DNA of 64,000 nt. It comes from Chiloscyllium plagiosum (lineage: Eukaryota). The position numbers and the translations under genes were made by a program. The DNA lies in contig NC_057719.1 in NCBI RefSeq assembly GCF_004010195.1, positions 32,556,537 through 32,620,536 of the forward strand, written 5' to 3'. Under the pieces are notes generated by a model. It had not been told where the DNA came from. It searched no databases and saw only the letters and a list, made by a program, of their open reading frames with translations. Below are positions 1 through 13,164 of the stretch, in pieces (position 1 is the stretch's first letter; each line of letters begins with the position of its first letter).

Positions 1-183
1 ACCTGCGTAATCCCTCTTGAGCTCCTCAATGTTTCCCGGGGTCAACAGCTTTGTGTTCAGCTTCCACGTTCCCTTACCAGCCCGCTGCTCATCCTGTAGG
101 TGACAGTCGGCCAGCAGGAGTCAGTGGTCAGAGAAGAACACCGGCTTGACGTCGGTGGATCTGACCGAGAGCGTTCGGGAACA
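1..183 (-). mobile_element. Tx1/L1-clade LINE ORF2 fragment (end of APE endonuclease)
   Basis: Minus-strand translation SRTLSVRSTDVKPVFFSDH*LLLADCHLQDEQRAGKGTWKLNTKLL contains the SDH and WKLN motifs of L1/Tx1 ORF2; runs off the window edge. Confidence 0.75.
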
Positions 184-220
184 GATACTCCAGATAATGC
201 TCCAATGTAACTCTTATCTA

Positions 221-556
221 GGGGCTGCATAATGGTTCAGTGGGCCCACAGCACCAGCGACTTGAGTTTGATTCTAGCTATGGTGACTGTCTGTGTGAAG
301 TTTGCACATTCTCTCCGTATCTGCGTAGGTTTCCTCTGGTTGTTCCGGTTTCCTCCCATGCTCCAAAAATTGCAGATTAGGCGGATTGGCCATACTATAT
401 TGCACATAGTGTCCAGGGATGTGCAAATTAGTGGATTAACCCTGGGGAATGCAGGATTACAGGGATAGGGTAGGATGATGATTATGGTTGGGATGCACTT
501 CAGAAGGTCGATGTGGACTCAATGGGCCAAATGGACTGCTTCCACATTGTAGGGAC
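221..556 (+). mobile_element. Degraded HE1-type (V-SINE) tRNA-derived SINE
   Basis: Diverged match to the younger copies: tgtgtgaagtttgcacattctc...ggtttcctccc core and gtggactcaatgggccaaatgg...ttccacattgtaggga 3' end. Confidence 0.75.
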
Positions 557-3409
557 TAGTGATCAGACCAGAAGAGGTTATGAGAGAAGAAAAGGGGTCT
601 GTGCCCAACCCCATGAATGCACAGTTCTGTGGGTTGTGAACCTGTGGGTAATGAGGGGTGTACACATTATTGTTACTATGCAATGTGGAAGCATTGGATC
701 CTACTAGGATTAGTTATTTATGTCATAATATCATTGAATCCCTATACTGCCATTTGGCCTATCAAGTCTGCACCAACCGTTTGAAGAGCAACCCATTCCG
801 ATCCACTGTAGGACACTCCAGGAGCCAGATGAAAGCTGAAGTTCCACGATGATGTAATAACAGGAGGTCCCAGGATTTTATCTTAGAAAGAATGAGTAGA
901 AGGTAGTGTATGTCCAAACCAGGAAACAACGCACAGCGATTAGATGGGAATTTCAAGCTAATCATGTTTCCATGATAGTAGCACAGTCAGATACCCTCAT
1001 AGTTCCTTCTTTGTTATATCCTTAGATTAATGCCAAAGCATAAGTCACCTAAAGAATTAGATATATTCTATTACTCGCAAATTAGCAAGGAAAGAATAAT
1101 CTTCAATGAGTACAAAGTTTAGCTTTTTAAATAATGAGATGACATGTTAAAGGGCCTAAACCAGTTACCAATGTTTTGGTACATGTAAAATGCAATGATC
1201 TGCTTAAGAACAAATTACTTTAAAATTGGATTTTGGTGCAATTAAGAAACTCTGCAAAATGCCTTGAATTAATATTGCTGTCATATTCAATTCATATTTG
1301 CTCCATTGGATTTCTGACAATTACCAAGGACTTGAAAAAAAGCCTTGTGAACTAGACAAAGGAATATTCCATATCTTTGACATTTACTAAATATAACCAT
1401 CTTAGGCAAGTGACGAAAGGGGTGCTATCTCTTTACAGTCATTTATTGATTCACCATGTGCAGTTGTTGTTATTAAATGCAGCCTGCACACTTCCTTTAT
1501 TTTCTGTAACCTCTGCAATTACAATACCATTTCAAAGCAGAAATGAAGGTCAGACTATCAAATGACTTACACAACACACAACGTGAGTTGAATTGCATCT
1601 TCCTTTCTCATGTAAATAGTAGCAATATCAGCTATCGTATTTTAAAACATGTACAGCAACAGTTTGGCATGTTTATGTGACTCTCATTTCTTTCCCTGAC
1701 TTCTAGAGAACAATAGAGCTCTTTGGATCTTCTACCTATTTACCAAAAAAATGTGCATGTTCATAGCTACATGGCAGGGATGACAAATGAGCTGCCTTGC
1801 TGTATCACTGAAACTATAAATAAGGAGTGATTATTTGAGGAATGCAGTAAAGAGCTAAGCTAAAAAGCTGACAGTAGTCTCTGTCCAAATTGTCAGTGTA
1901 ACAAATAGAAAATGTCGTAAAGATGAGCCTGAAAAGACCTTTGAATCGAGCATTTTCACAATAAAGGAAATATAACAAAACCACTTCTGTATCCAAGAGA
2001 AAATATTTATAGAATTTGAAATTGAATCCTAAGGTAGAATCATTACTTTAAGAATGTGTAATAGAAAATCATGAACATTGACAATGATGCACGGTTTAAT
2101 TCAAATAATGTTCCTATGGCACTCTGCCTCCAAATTCAAGAAGCTCAAAGGCAATATTATAAAGGATGTGGAAATATTTGTGGTTCATTTAGCTCGAATT
2201 GCAGTAGTTATAAGTGTTTAGTGTTTAAATATTCCCTGAAGGGATGTGGATTCTCCTGATCAACCACAATACATTCCCAACCTGTAGAAAGGGCTGAAAG
2301 AAAATCATAAAGACCATTTAAATAGTTCAGGCTGATTTTCAAAGGAGCGGCAATCACAGTCAGATTGCAATGCTGCTCCTTAAAACCAACCATGTGCTGG
2401 AGCTCCATGTTTCTGGTGTGAATTTCCTGCCTCTGCAGACATGTGGAGCATTCCTGTTCTGGCAGCCTTCCACAGCAGGATCAGCACTGAAGGCCAAACC
2501 ATGACCCCTTTTCAGTGCAGTAACTGTCCTCTGACAGAGTTCAAAGATTCAAAGCCTCTTTGACAAGTAAGGAAAGTATGTGTGTAAGCTAAGAGGGAGT
2601 CAGTGGGGGGGGGGGAGGGTGGATGACAAGGTGAGGTGGAAGATGGATAAGCGCGTAACAATGAACGGAACCATGAGGTTATGCGAGAGGGTAAGGTGGT
2701 AGATGAGCAAGAAGTTAGGGTGCCCGGTGAATGAGAGAGTGTAGATGGCAGCTACATGGTTGAGAGGGTACTGTGTTTGTGTCAGATGGTGTAGGCTTTC
2801 AGGGTGTTAGTTTTGGGTAAGTGTTGGGGGGGAGGGGTCACATGTTGGGAAGGGTCAGTGAAGGTGCTGAGTTATTGATGGCTTTAAACCACCTAATGCT
2901 TCCTAGATATGTTTTAATTTATGTAAGTCCGAGCCCACCAAGTTCTCTACCTCTAGGTTTTGAAGGTTTTCAGTTGCTGAGTAATCAGAAGTTTGAACTT
3001 ACAGGTATTTATTGCAGAGAGATGGTGCCAGGATTTCCAAAGGACCCAACATTCAACTGTCAGGTATGGCTGCTCTCACTATCTGTGGACTAGGAGATCT
3101 GGACCGTTGTTGGGGATTCTATAGCTAAGTCTTTCAGTTCCTTGTTTGGGTGTGTAGAGGCTGGAGGATGCCCCAGAATTTAAAAGTTGCCAACTGCACT
3201 TCCATTGTGGGTCTGGGTTGGGTAAATTGGATTGGGAGATGGGCTAAGTGTTGTGATGAGGGATGGGGCTGTCATTTCCCAAGGCAAGCTGGGCAGATAA
3301 TTTAGGACAAGTACTGAGAATGCTGGAGAAACTCAGCAGATCTGGCAGCATTTGATATTGAGAAAGCAGAGTTAATGTTTCGGGTCTGGTATGACTCCTC
3401 ATTCTGTAA

Positions 3410-3845
3410 TCATACCCCAGTCTCAACCGTCTGGAGAAACGCCTGGCACTGTAGGAAGAAGGTCATTGCCCTTCTCCATTTTGCCAGTGTAAATGCCATC
3501 ATCTTCTCTCCAATGTCTCCCACCTACTGTGTCTCTGCTAATGTATCCACCTCCTACCAAGGCACATGCTCTATCACTCTCACTATTGCCTGTGATATAT
3601 TCTCTTACTCACACAAGTCTCCAACACAACTAACCCTGCATGGCCTCTGAATTGGCCAACGCACTCACTCAGGACATCTCCCACCTGCACCAACAATAAC
3701 GGTTATGCCACCCACTTTCCTTTCATGTATTATCTGCCTTTCTCTCATTCCGGGAGGAAATCAGCTCATTATAAAGCAGTAAAGAACAAGACGGGTGGTG
3801 GGTTACCTGTAATTTGGCTCCTCACTCTTTAAGAAGGAATCCTTA
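3410..3845 (+). mobile_element. PIF/Harbinger transposon remnant, Myb/SANT-like gene pieces
   Basis: WHCRKKVIALLHFAS (~3445-3490) and KSAHYKAVKNKTGGGLPVIWLLTL*E (~3760-3838) resemble the two exons of Harbinger Myb/SANT proteins (QCRKKxNDL / AHN...TGGG...LT..EE); degraded. Confidence 0.55.
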
Positions 3846-4727
3846 CTCTGGTGACCCTGGCAGGTTTTGGATTCGTAACAGAGACTGTCCTTGGACTACT
3901 GAACTGGGAACCCCTGAGCGAAGGCTATTCCTCTTGACTTGACTGAGGGATGCTGACAACAACAAGCTTCCTGACTTTCTGCCTGTCCTAAATGACAATG
4001 GAAGACAACAATAGTATGAGCTCTGGATAAGGGGGAAAAGCACTAAAAGGCAGGGAAGATGTGAATATCTGTAGGCTCAGAGAGAGTAAGCACTAACAGT
4101 GAATGAAGAGCTCGGAGCTGCAACTTGGTCCGGGGCACAGTATCCTTGCTGCATCATTACAATGAGAGTTAGTGCAACCTGAAGTACAGCATTGAAGTGT
4201 GGAAGTGGCTGTAAGTGAGTCAGGGAAATGCAAAGAGGTTTTTAGAGGCTGGCACATGGTCGATGCCAGTAGGTGTGAACATAGCATGCATGTAGCAGTG
4301 AGCATGGACCCTGCCCTGAGATACTGGTGTCTGAAGTCATTCATAACGAGCAGCAAGCTGAATCCACCAGATGCTTGTTGTGGTTTCCTTATTGAGTTCT
4401 CCTGATATCCACTGTGCTTGGTGAGTTTGGTAAAACTGAGGTGTGGATATTAATTATAATGTTAACAAGACTTTCCCAAGTGTTAATTCCTCTCAGCTGA
4501 TATTTCACCTCTGCATTGTGAGAATTTTACCATTTAACTTGTGAAAACCATAAATGGTGGAATGAGATGAACATAGTGTGACTTGCTGCACTTGTTTCTC
4601 CATTCTTCTAGACTTCTACCATAGCTCATGCCATCAGACCCTGAAAAGATTCTGTCCTATAACATCCCTCTGAATTTCAACCCCTCATTCTTAAAACTTT
4701 AACCATGTCAACTCATGTTTTACAATG

Positions 4728-5610
4728 AGGTAAAAACAATGACTGTAGATGCTGGAAACCAGATTCTGGATTAGTGGTGCTGGAAGAGCTGAGCTGGAAG
4801 TTTGGAACTAGGGTGAGGTGGGGGAAGGGGAAATGAGGAAACTGTTGAAGTCCATATTGATGCCTGGGGTTGTAGTGTTCCCAGGCGGAAGATGAGGCAT
4901 TCTTCCTCCAGGCGTCTGGTGGTGAGGGAGCGGCGGTGAAGGAGGCCCAGGACCTCCATGTCCTCGGCAGAGTGGGAGGGGGAGTTGAAATGTTGGGCCT
5001 GTTCGGTTCCGAACTCTGCTAGTTTAAAGGTGTTCCGGAGTCCGTGTGGGATGAGTTGGTTATGGAGGCAGGCACTAAGGAAGCAAATAAACCAGCAGAG
5101 TTCGGAACCTAACAGGCCCAACATTTCAACTCCCCCTCCCACTCTGCCGAGGACATGGAGGTCCTGGGCCTCCTTCACCGCCGCTCCCTCACCACCAGAC
5201 GCCTGGAGGAAGAATGCTTCATCTTCCGCCTCGGAACTCTTCAACCCCAGGGCATCAATGTGGACTTCAACAGTTTCCTCATTTCCCCTTCCCCCACTTC
5301 ACCCTTGTTCCAAACTTCCAGCTCAGCACTGTCCCATGACTTGTCTGGACTTGTCCTACCTGCCTATCTCCTTTTCCACCTATCCACTCCACCCTCTCTT
5401 CCCTGATCTATCACCTTCATCCCCTCCCCCATTCACCCACTGTACTCTATGCTACTTTCTCCCCACCCTCACCCTCCTCTAGCTTATCTCTCCATGCTTC
5501 AGGCTCACTGCCTTTATTCCTGATGAAGGGCTTTTGCCCGAAACGTCGATTTCGAAGCTTCTTGGATGCTGCCTGAACTGCTGTGCTCTTCCAGCACCAC
5601 TAATCCAGAA
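4728..5610. mobile_element. Fold-back, internally deleted Penelope-like element with GIY-YIG C-terminus and hammerhead motif
   Basis: Inverted arms (~4790-5026 vs 5088-5325) both encode AQHFNSPSHSAEDMEVLGLLHRRSLTTRRLEEEC.IFRLGTLQP (PLE GIY-YIG end); TSD tcatgttttacaatg 4713-4727 / tcatgttttataatg 5611-5625. Confidence 0.85.
5516..5551 (+). ncRNA. Minimal type I hammerhead ribozyme motif in PLE pLTR
   Basis: CTGATGA (5520-5526), A, stem II GGGC-TTTT-GCCC, GAAA, CG, TC; palindromic ACGT at stem III; weak stem I. Confidence 0.7.
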
Positions 5611-6039
5611 TCATGTTTTATAATGCGCTGTGACTGCCCTCATGAACCCACAGCATTCGTACCAACTTAGGCTTATCTAACCATCCTTCATAGCCCCTTA
5701 AACCTTCATGGCTCAATTCATATTATAGCTCTTATCCTAACTCACCAATTCATCACCCTAAGCTCCACCTTTGCCATTCCCTCTTCATGCCAATTTAGCT
5801 AATATCCACCAAAAGCATACCTCAGGATGCTGACAGAAAATAAATTGATTTGCTAATTAATGACACTATTGAATAAACACTCTCGTTGTTACAAAAACTA
5901 TTCAGTACATTAGATTAATATATTCAACTGATCCCTTATGAAAACAAACATTTAGGTTGTTAATTCCTAATTTAAAAAACACTTCCATTCTATAGATAGT
6001 TGGAGCAATCCATCAAATTGCTCACTGTTGGCTCACAAT

Positions 6040-7320
6040 TTAGAATGTTCCATTATACTCTTAACTTGTGCCTTGTAGATGGTGGATGGTGTTTCGGTTA
6101 TCAGGTGATGAGTTACTTGCCACAGTATTCCTAATTTGTCACTTGCTCTTGTAGCAACTATGTTTATATGGGACTCTAGTTGAGCATCTCGTTAATGGTA
6201 ATTCCTAGGATGTTCATGGTGGCTTGAGGTGGGGTGGGGGTGGGGGGTGGTTTCAGTCATGGTTAGATCGTCTCTTCACCTTGGTGGTGGACATTGCAAT
6301 TCCCCATCCAGAGTCGATTTTGTGCCCTTTCATTGTCAGTGCTTCTTCTAGGGGTTAGGCAGAAATGGGTACTGCAGATGCTGGAGATTAGAGTCAAGGT
6401 TAGGGTGGTGCTGGAAAAGCACAGCAGGTCAGGGAGCATCCAAGGAGCAGGAAAATTAATGTTCTGGGCAAAAGTCCTTCATCAGGAATTCCTTTTGCCC
6501 GAAACGTCGATTTTGCTATTCCTTGGATGCTGCCTGACCTGCTGTGCTTTTCCAGCACCACTCTTCTTCTAGGGGTTGTCCAACATGAAGGAGTACTGAT
6601 TAATCGGAAAGAGAGCAGTACATGTTAACCAGCAGTTGGTTTCCTTCCCCATATTTAACCTGAAACCTTGAGACTTTAAGGTGTTTGGAGTCAATGTTGA
6701 GGACTCCAAAGCAACTTTCTGTCGACTACATAGCACTGTGCTGCCCCTTCTGCTGGGTCTGTCCTGCCACTGGGATAGGATATATTAGGGATAATGATGG
6801 TGGTGTCTGGGACATTGTGAGGTATGAGTCTGTGAGTATGACTATGTCAGATTGTTGCTTGACTAATCTGTGAGATAGCTCTCCCAATTTTGGCAATAGC
6901 GCCCAGGTGTTGGTAAGGAGGACTTTGCAGGGTTGACAGGGCTGTTTCTACTGTTGTCCTTTCCGGTGCCAAGGTGGATACCAAGTGGTCTGTCCAGTTT
7001 CATTCCTTTGTTGAGACTTTGTAGCGATTGGTACAACTGAGCAGCTTGCTAGGCCTTTTTGGACAGCAGTTGAAAGTCAACTACATTGCTGTGGGTTTAG
7101 AGTCTCATGTAGGCTAGACCTGGTGAAGATGGAAGATTTCCTTCCCTGAAAAGCATGAGTGAGCTAGATGAGTTTTTCTGACAATTGGCAATGGCTATCA
7201 GCAGATTTTTAATTCCGGATTTTTAAAATTGAATTCTGCCGTGATGGAATATGAACCCAGGTGTCCAGACCATTATCTGAGTTCTAGCATTAACAATACC
7301 ACAAGGCCATTGCCTCTCTT
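6040..7320 (-). mobile_element. Old internally deleted CR1/L2-like LINE with tRNA-like 5' head (same family as 38815-39935)
   Basis: 6040-6215 is the reverse complement of ~39290-39450; 7010-7320 is the reverse complement of the SINE head at 19940-20200; interrupted by a hairpin PLE. Confidence 0.6.
6357..6562. mobile_element. Hairpin mini-PLE (inverted pLTR only), family A
   Basis: Arms gtggtgctggaaaagcacagcaggtcagg... / ...cctgacctgctgtgcttttccagcaccac; perfect 15-bp TSD cttcttctaggggtt 6342-6356 / 6563-6577. Confidence 0.85.
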
Positions 7321-8414
7321 ATTCTGAGCACTGCAAACCAGTTAAAAGTAACAGGACAAAGGAATCTCAACAAATAAGAAAAACAGAAGCTCAAAAATGA
7401 CCGTTCAACTACCAGCCACAATGCTATCAATAACCTCCACTCCAAAAGCCGTAATACTCAACTATCTGCTCTTTACTAACAATCAGAGATGGTACCATAA
7501 CTTATTCAATCTTCTTTTCTTTTGGATTCACCTCTTATCACTGATCTGCATGTATCAGTGTTGCATTATTTCTTCTTCCATTTCGTTATTAATAAACACA
7601 CTGTTTCTCATAAGGTGTAAAAGCCTGGTTAAATTAGCTCCTTTTAAATCATAAGCTCTTCTGGATCTGGGGGAATAGTCCTCAGTCACCAAATAATCTC
7701 AGACCCTTTCCTTACCTCATCTCTACTCTTGTGCCTTTGTTCCTTCCAGAAACAAAGAACAATCACCTGGTCAGAATTAGTGCAGGAGTGTGAAGCACAA
7801 GAGAAACAAAAGATAATAATGAAGAAAGCAGCTACTCAGTCTCCCTTGTGCAGCCAGAATGACAGGCACAGACACTGTCTATACTTTAAGAGGAGAGCAT
7901 AGAGGTGGGAACTGAATGGCTTGCTCGGCCATTTCAGAGGGCAATTGAGAGTCAACCACATTGCTTTGGTCAAGGCAGGAGGAAAGGGTATTACAGGATC
8001 AAAAATCCTGAAAAGGATTCCCCCTGGTTCTCAAATTGCCAAGTAAAACTGATAGCTTTTCAGAACTTGAGGAGGCTTGGGATCCTAATATCCCTTAACT
8101 AAATCCATCAACTCTTAAAAGGTTTTCACATATGGCTGTAATAACTGAAAAAAGCTGTCAGGAAAATTACTTATGCTTTTCATCTGTCCTAATGTCATTT
8201 GCCAAGAAATAAAAATGCATTCTTTCCACATACTAGGTTAAGCCTTCAATGGCAGGATCAAACAAGTCAACCTTCCCTGCCAGAAATGCTTACCCCAACT
8301 CAAAGACAATAGTTGTGAGTGAATTTCTTCAGCATGCTTTTCTCTTGTCACCACATGTAATGCCTCCACAGAGGCTGATATCCCATCACCAAGTCACCCT
8401 TTATTTACACATTA

Positions 8415-8734
8415 TTAGATTAGATTAGATTACTTACAGTGTGGAAACAGGCCCTTCGGCCCAACAAGTCCACACCGACCCGCCGAAGCGTAACCCACCC
8501 ATACCCCTACATTTATCCCTTTAACCTAACACTACGGGCAATTTAGCATGGCCAATTCACCTGACTTGCACATCTTTTGGAGTGTGGGAGGAAACCGGAG
8601 CATCCGGAGGAAACCCACGCAGACACGGGGAGAATGTGCAAACTCCACACAGTCAGTCGCCTGAGGCGGGAATTGAACCCGGGTCTCTGGCGCTGCGAGG
8701 CAGCAGTGCTAACCACTGTGCCACCGTGCCGCCC
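8415..8734 (-). mobile_element. HE1 SINE, full length
   Basis: Minus strand gggcggcacggtggcacagtggttagc (box A) ... gggttcaattccc (box B), V-SINE core, (taatc)n tail. Confidence 0.92.
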
Positions 8735-8741
8735 ACATGGA

Positions 8742-9043
8742 GAGTCATAGAGTCAGACAATTGTACAGTATGTAAACAGATCCTTCAGTCCAATGTGTTC
8801 ATGGCAAACAGATCTCCTACATTCATCCAATTCAATTTGCCAGCTTTTAGCCCATAACCCTCCAAACCCTTCCTATTCAAATACCCATTCAGATGCCTTT
8901 TAAATGTTGCAATTATACCAGCCTCCACTATTTCCTCTGGCACCACCCTCTGTGTGAAAACATTGCCCCATAGGTCTCTTTTCTATCTTTCCCCTTTCAC
9001 CTTAAACCTATGCCCTCTAGATTTTGACACCCCTACCCTGGGG
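8742..9043 (-). mobile_element. CR1/HER1 LINE 3' fragment
   Basis: Matches the 3' ends at 17453-17760 and 45336-45640 (agtcatagag tail; ccagcctccactatttcctctggca). Confidence 0.8.
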
Positions 9044-9347
9044 ATCTTGACACTGATCCAACTTCCTCACAGCCAGCTCTTGGAGTGAACAAACCTCTGA
9101 CACTCCTGTTAACATCTCTAAGCCAGAGCAAACTGATTGAAGTGATTAACAGCCTCATATCCATGTGGTTGACCTGGCTGATCTTGTTAAATCACTACAA
9201 AGGCAAGTTCATGAAAGTGGGATTAGAATAGTTAGGTGATTGTTTTTGACTCAATGGGCTGAGGGCCTTTTTTCTGTACTGTAGACCTCTATGACTCTAT
9301 GATAATTTTCTTTATTGAGGAAAATCTATTGTCGTCCTTGGCCTAGC

Positions 9348-11397
9348 CTACATAGAACATAGAACAATACAGTGCAGAACAGGCCCTTCGACCCTCGATG
9401 TTGCGCCGACCTGTGAACTATTCTCAGCTCATCCCCCTACACTATCCCAAAATCATCCATGTGTTTATGTAAGGATTGTTTAAATCTCCCTAATGTGGCT
9501 GAGTTGACTACATTAGCAGGTAGGGCATTCCACACCCTTACCACTCTCTGCATAAAGAATCTGCCTCTGACATCTGCCTTAAATCTATCACCCCTCAATT
9601 TGTAGTTATGCCCCCTCGTACACGCTGATGTCATCATCCTAGAAAAAGGACATTCACTGTTGACCCTATCTAATCCTCTGATCATCTTGTATGTCTCTAT
9701 CAAATCCCCTCTTAACCTTCTTCTTGCCAATGAGAACAGGTTCAAGTCTCTCAGCCTTTCCTCATAAGACCTTCCTTCCAGACTAGGCAACATCCTGGTA
9801 AATATCCTCTGCACCTTTTCCAATGTTTCCACATCCTTCCCCAAATATGGGGACCAAAACTGTACACAATACTCCAAGTGTGGCCGCACCAGCATTTTGT
9901 ATAATTGCAGCATGATATTGCGGCTCCGAAACTCAATCCCTCTACCAATGAAACCTAACACACCAAATGCCTTCTTCACAGCACTATCCATCTGGGTGGC
10001 AACTTTCAGGGATCTATGTACATGGACTCCAAGATCCCTCTGCACATCCACTCTACCAAGAATCTTTCCATTGACCCAGTACTCTGCCTTCCTGTTATGC
10101 TTCCCAAAGTGCATCACCTCACATTTAGCTGCATTGAACTCCATTTGCCACCTCTCAGCCCAATTCTGCAGTTTATCCAAGTCCCCCTGCAACCTGTAAC
10201 ATTCTTCCACACTGTCCACTATTCCACCGACTTTAGTGTCATCTGCAAACTTACTAATCCATCCACCTATGCCTGTGCCTAAGTCATTTATAAAAATGAC
10301 ATACAGCAGTGGTCCCAAAACAGATCCTTGTGGCACACCACTAGTAACCGGACTCCAGGCTGAATATTTTCCATTAACCACCACTCACTGCCTTCTTTCA
10401 GAAAGCCAGTTTCTCATCCAAACTGCTAAATCACCCCCAACTCCCATGCCTCTGCATTTTCTCCAATAGCCTACCATGTGGAACCTTATCAAAGGCTTTA
10501 CTGAAGTTCATGTATACCACGTCAACTGCCCTACCCTCATGTAAATGCTTGATCACCTTCTCAAAAAATTCAATGAGGTTTGTGAGATATGACCTGTTCT
10601 TGACGAAACCATGTTGACTATCTGAAATCAAATTGTTGCTTGCTAGATGATTATAAATGTTATCTCTTATAATCCTTTCCAAAACCTTTCCTACAACAGA
10701 AGTAAGGTTCACTGGTCTATAATTACCTGGGTCACCTCTACTACCCTTCTTGAACAAGGGCACAACATTTGCAATCCTCCAGTCCTCTGGTACCCAACCT
10801 GTAGACAATGATGACTCAAATATCAAAGCCAAAGGCTCTGCTATCTCCTCCCTAGCTTCCCAGAGAATTCTCAGATAAATCCCATCTGACGCAGGGGACT
10901 TGTCTACTTTCACTCCTTCTAGAATTGATAACACCTGTTTATAACTAACCTCGATCCTTTCTAGTCTAATATCTCGTACCTCATTCTTCTCATCTGTAAT
11001 AGTTTCCTTTTCCTGAGTGAAAACTGATGAGAAATGTTCGTTTAACACCTCTCCGATCTCTACAGGGTCTACACTCAATTTCCCACTTCTGTCTTTGATT
11101 GGCCCTATTCCTACCCTAATCATCCTTTTACACCTCATATACCAATAGAAAACTTTAGGGTTCTCCTTTATTCTATTTGCTAAAGACTGTTTGTGTCCTC
11201 TCTTTGCTCTTCTTAGCTCTCTCTTTAAATCCTTCCTCGCTGATCTGTAACTCTCCATCGCCTCATTTGAACCATCTTGCCTCTTCAACACATAAGCCTC
11301 CTTCTTCTTCATAACAAGAGATGCAATTTTTGTCGTAAACCATGGTTCCCTCACCTTATCACTTCCTCCCTGCCTGATAGGGACATACCTATCGACA
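9348..11397 (-). mobile_element. 5'-truncated CR1 LINE, relatively young; ORF2 RT in two frames (10431-11426, 9437-10384)
   Basis: VVPLFKKG...[52 protein letters not shown] motifs; (ttctatg)n tail at ~9348-9366. Confidence 0.95.
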
Positions 11398-11401
11398 TAC
11401 A

Positions 11402-11512
11402 TATAGAACATAGAACAGTACAGCACGGCATAGGCCCTTCGGCCCTCAATGTTGTGCCAGCCTTTTATCCTACTCTAAGATCAGACTATCCTATATATCC
11501 TTCATTGTACTA
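11402..11512 (-). mobile_element. CR1 3' UTR fragment abutting the truncated 5' end of the previous CR1
   Basis: atagaacatagaacagtacagcac...aggcccttcggccctcaatgttgtgcc, same tail type as 9348-9410. Confidence 0.75.
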
Positions 11513-11517
11513 AATTA

Positions 11518-11785
11518 TATGTGACTCCAGATCCACAGAAATGTGGTTAACTCTAAAGTAGTTTAGCAAGCTAAACAGTTGTATCAAATTGCTACAGAAA
11601 AGTCAATAAGGAGTGAAAATGGACAGGCCATTTGTGATCACTTTGGCATTGTATACACACCATAGACTGCAGTGGTTCAAAAAAGTGGCTCACTACCAAC
11701 TTGTCAAAAGGAATTAGGATACACAATAAATGCTGGTCTAATAATCGAAACCCACATTCCATTAAAACTGTTTAATAAAAAAAAA
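11518..11785 (+). mobile_element. Bipartite LINE-derived SINE-like element (first part at ~9315-9350, split by CR1)
   Basis: tgtgactccag...atgtggtt head segment joined to a 3' end matching 39800-39930 (ctgcagtggttcaa...caataaatgctgg). Confidence 0.55.
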
Positions 11786-13164
11786 TATTTATGCTCAGAG
11801 TCCCTGCAAACAGCACTGCTCAGCCATTAACTGGTTCATTATGATGTTGACCTGCACTTTCAGGAGTGAATAAAATTTTAGGTCAGAGTGCCATTGAATT
11901 GATGACTGAAACTCAGGACTCTATGGGATTACTTTCTTCTCCTTTAGTGATGGGTATGTTCAAGGCCTGTAATCAGACTCTACTGTAGGTAATATATTTC
12001 TGCAAAAATATATTTAAAATATCCTTGTGCTGAAATTCAGCATTTTTTTTTAGTTTTAATATTGTTTGCAGGTTGAGACAACATAAAATAATCCTCAGTG
12101 ATTAATTTCTGTAAATAGAAATACATCATCAATGCTGACCAACATTTTGTAAAATATATTCTACCAGCAAGTAAGATGAACTCTTCCCACTCAATAATGT
12201 TGTTTGATTATTCTTTCCATTTCTGTTAATAACACATCATGTGATGATAATAATTCTTTAGTTGCTTTGCTCTCTTCCTATCTTTTGCTTTTTCTTGAAT
12301 TACTGGGATGTAGTTATTATCATTTTTTGGAAATCAATGAAGAATTGCCTATTATCCCCTGTTTCAGGTCTCCATGCTCAGCCCAGATGTAATTATTATT
12401 GTCATAGTAATACAGTAACATTCTCAAAGGTTTTGAAATTCTTCTTTGAACTCATTGAGAATTGTTCCTCCCTGTCAATACTCACAACATACAGAATGTT
12501 TCTCAATTATTTCTGAAGAAGCACTCCAGGGAGCTAGAGAGTTACTAGAGGTTAGGACAGCCAATGCTTCATTACTATCTTGCAAGCTGTTGACTTTTAA
12601 ATTAGTTAAAATGTGTAAACAGAAGTATAATTTAAATTTCCCATTACAGCTTTGCTTTGTGTTGGGGCTTTCGTTGGCCAATTTTTTCTGTACTGTCATG
12701 GGTATGCCATGATTGCAAATATGCCCATTACACACTTTGTCTGATCAATTGAAATAAAATTCATAACTTTATAATAAATTGTATTCATTCATTTTTCTTG
12801 AAGATTGATAATCAAAGGTCACAAAGAATCAAATTCCAAGAGTACTGCATATTTATGTCAATAGATCAACAAGTCAAGGATATGGATCACATGGAGATTC
12901 TTTCAGAACTGAAGCCTCACTGAAATCTTTTTTTTCCAAACCATTCTATGTTGGTGATAACTGACCTTACATTTGGATAGCTGTTAGTTACGCTACTTTA
13001 ATTGTGTAAATGAGTTTTTCTGACTTTCAATATGTCCTCAGTTGCGTTTCCTATTAGTAACCTCTACTGTCATATTTGTAGGAGGTCAACATTAGTCAGA
13101 CTCACTCGGAGGGAATCCAGCTGAATTCAAATTGGGTTCAGCATTCTGTCTATGTTAGTTCCTT

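Larger units (their letters stand above)
8356..9199 (-). mobile_element. Probable solo LTR interrupted by an HE1 SINE and a CR1 3' fragment
   Basis: Termini tgtaatg...cactaca (TG...CA, near-inverted); tttattt signal near 8400; acat flanks both sides of the HE1 insert; no TSD seen. Confidence 0.45.

Noticed and set aside
5108..5120. Splice origin for the mini-PLE deletion junction (CAG|G)
   Set aside because: Cannot be supported without the full-length element; a microhomology deletion explains it equally well.
8582..8857. Recurrent small ORFs such as MWEETGASGGNPRRHGENVQ and CGRKPEHPEETHADTGR
   Set aside because: Translations of HE1 SINE sequence, not host proteins.
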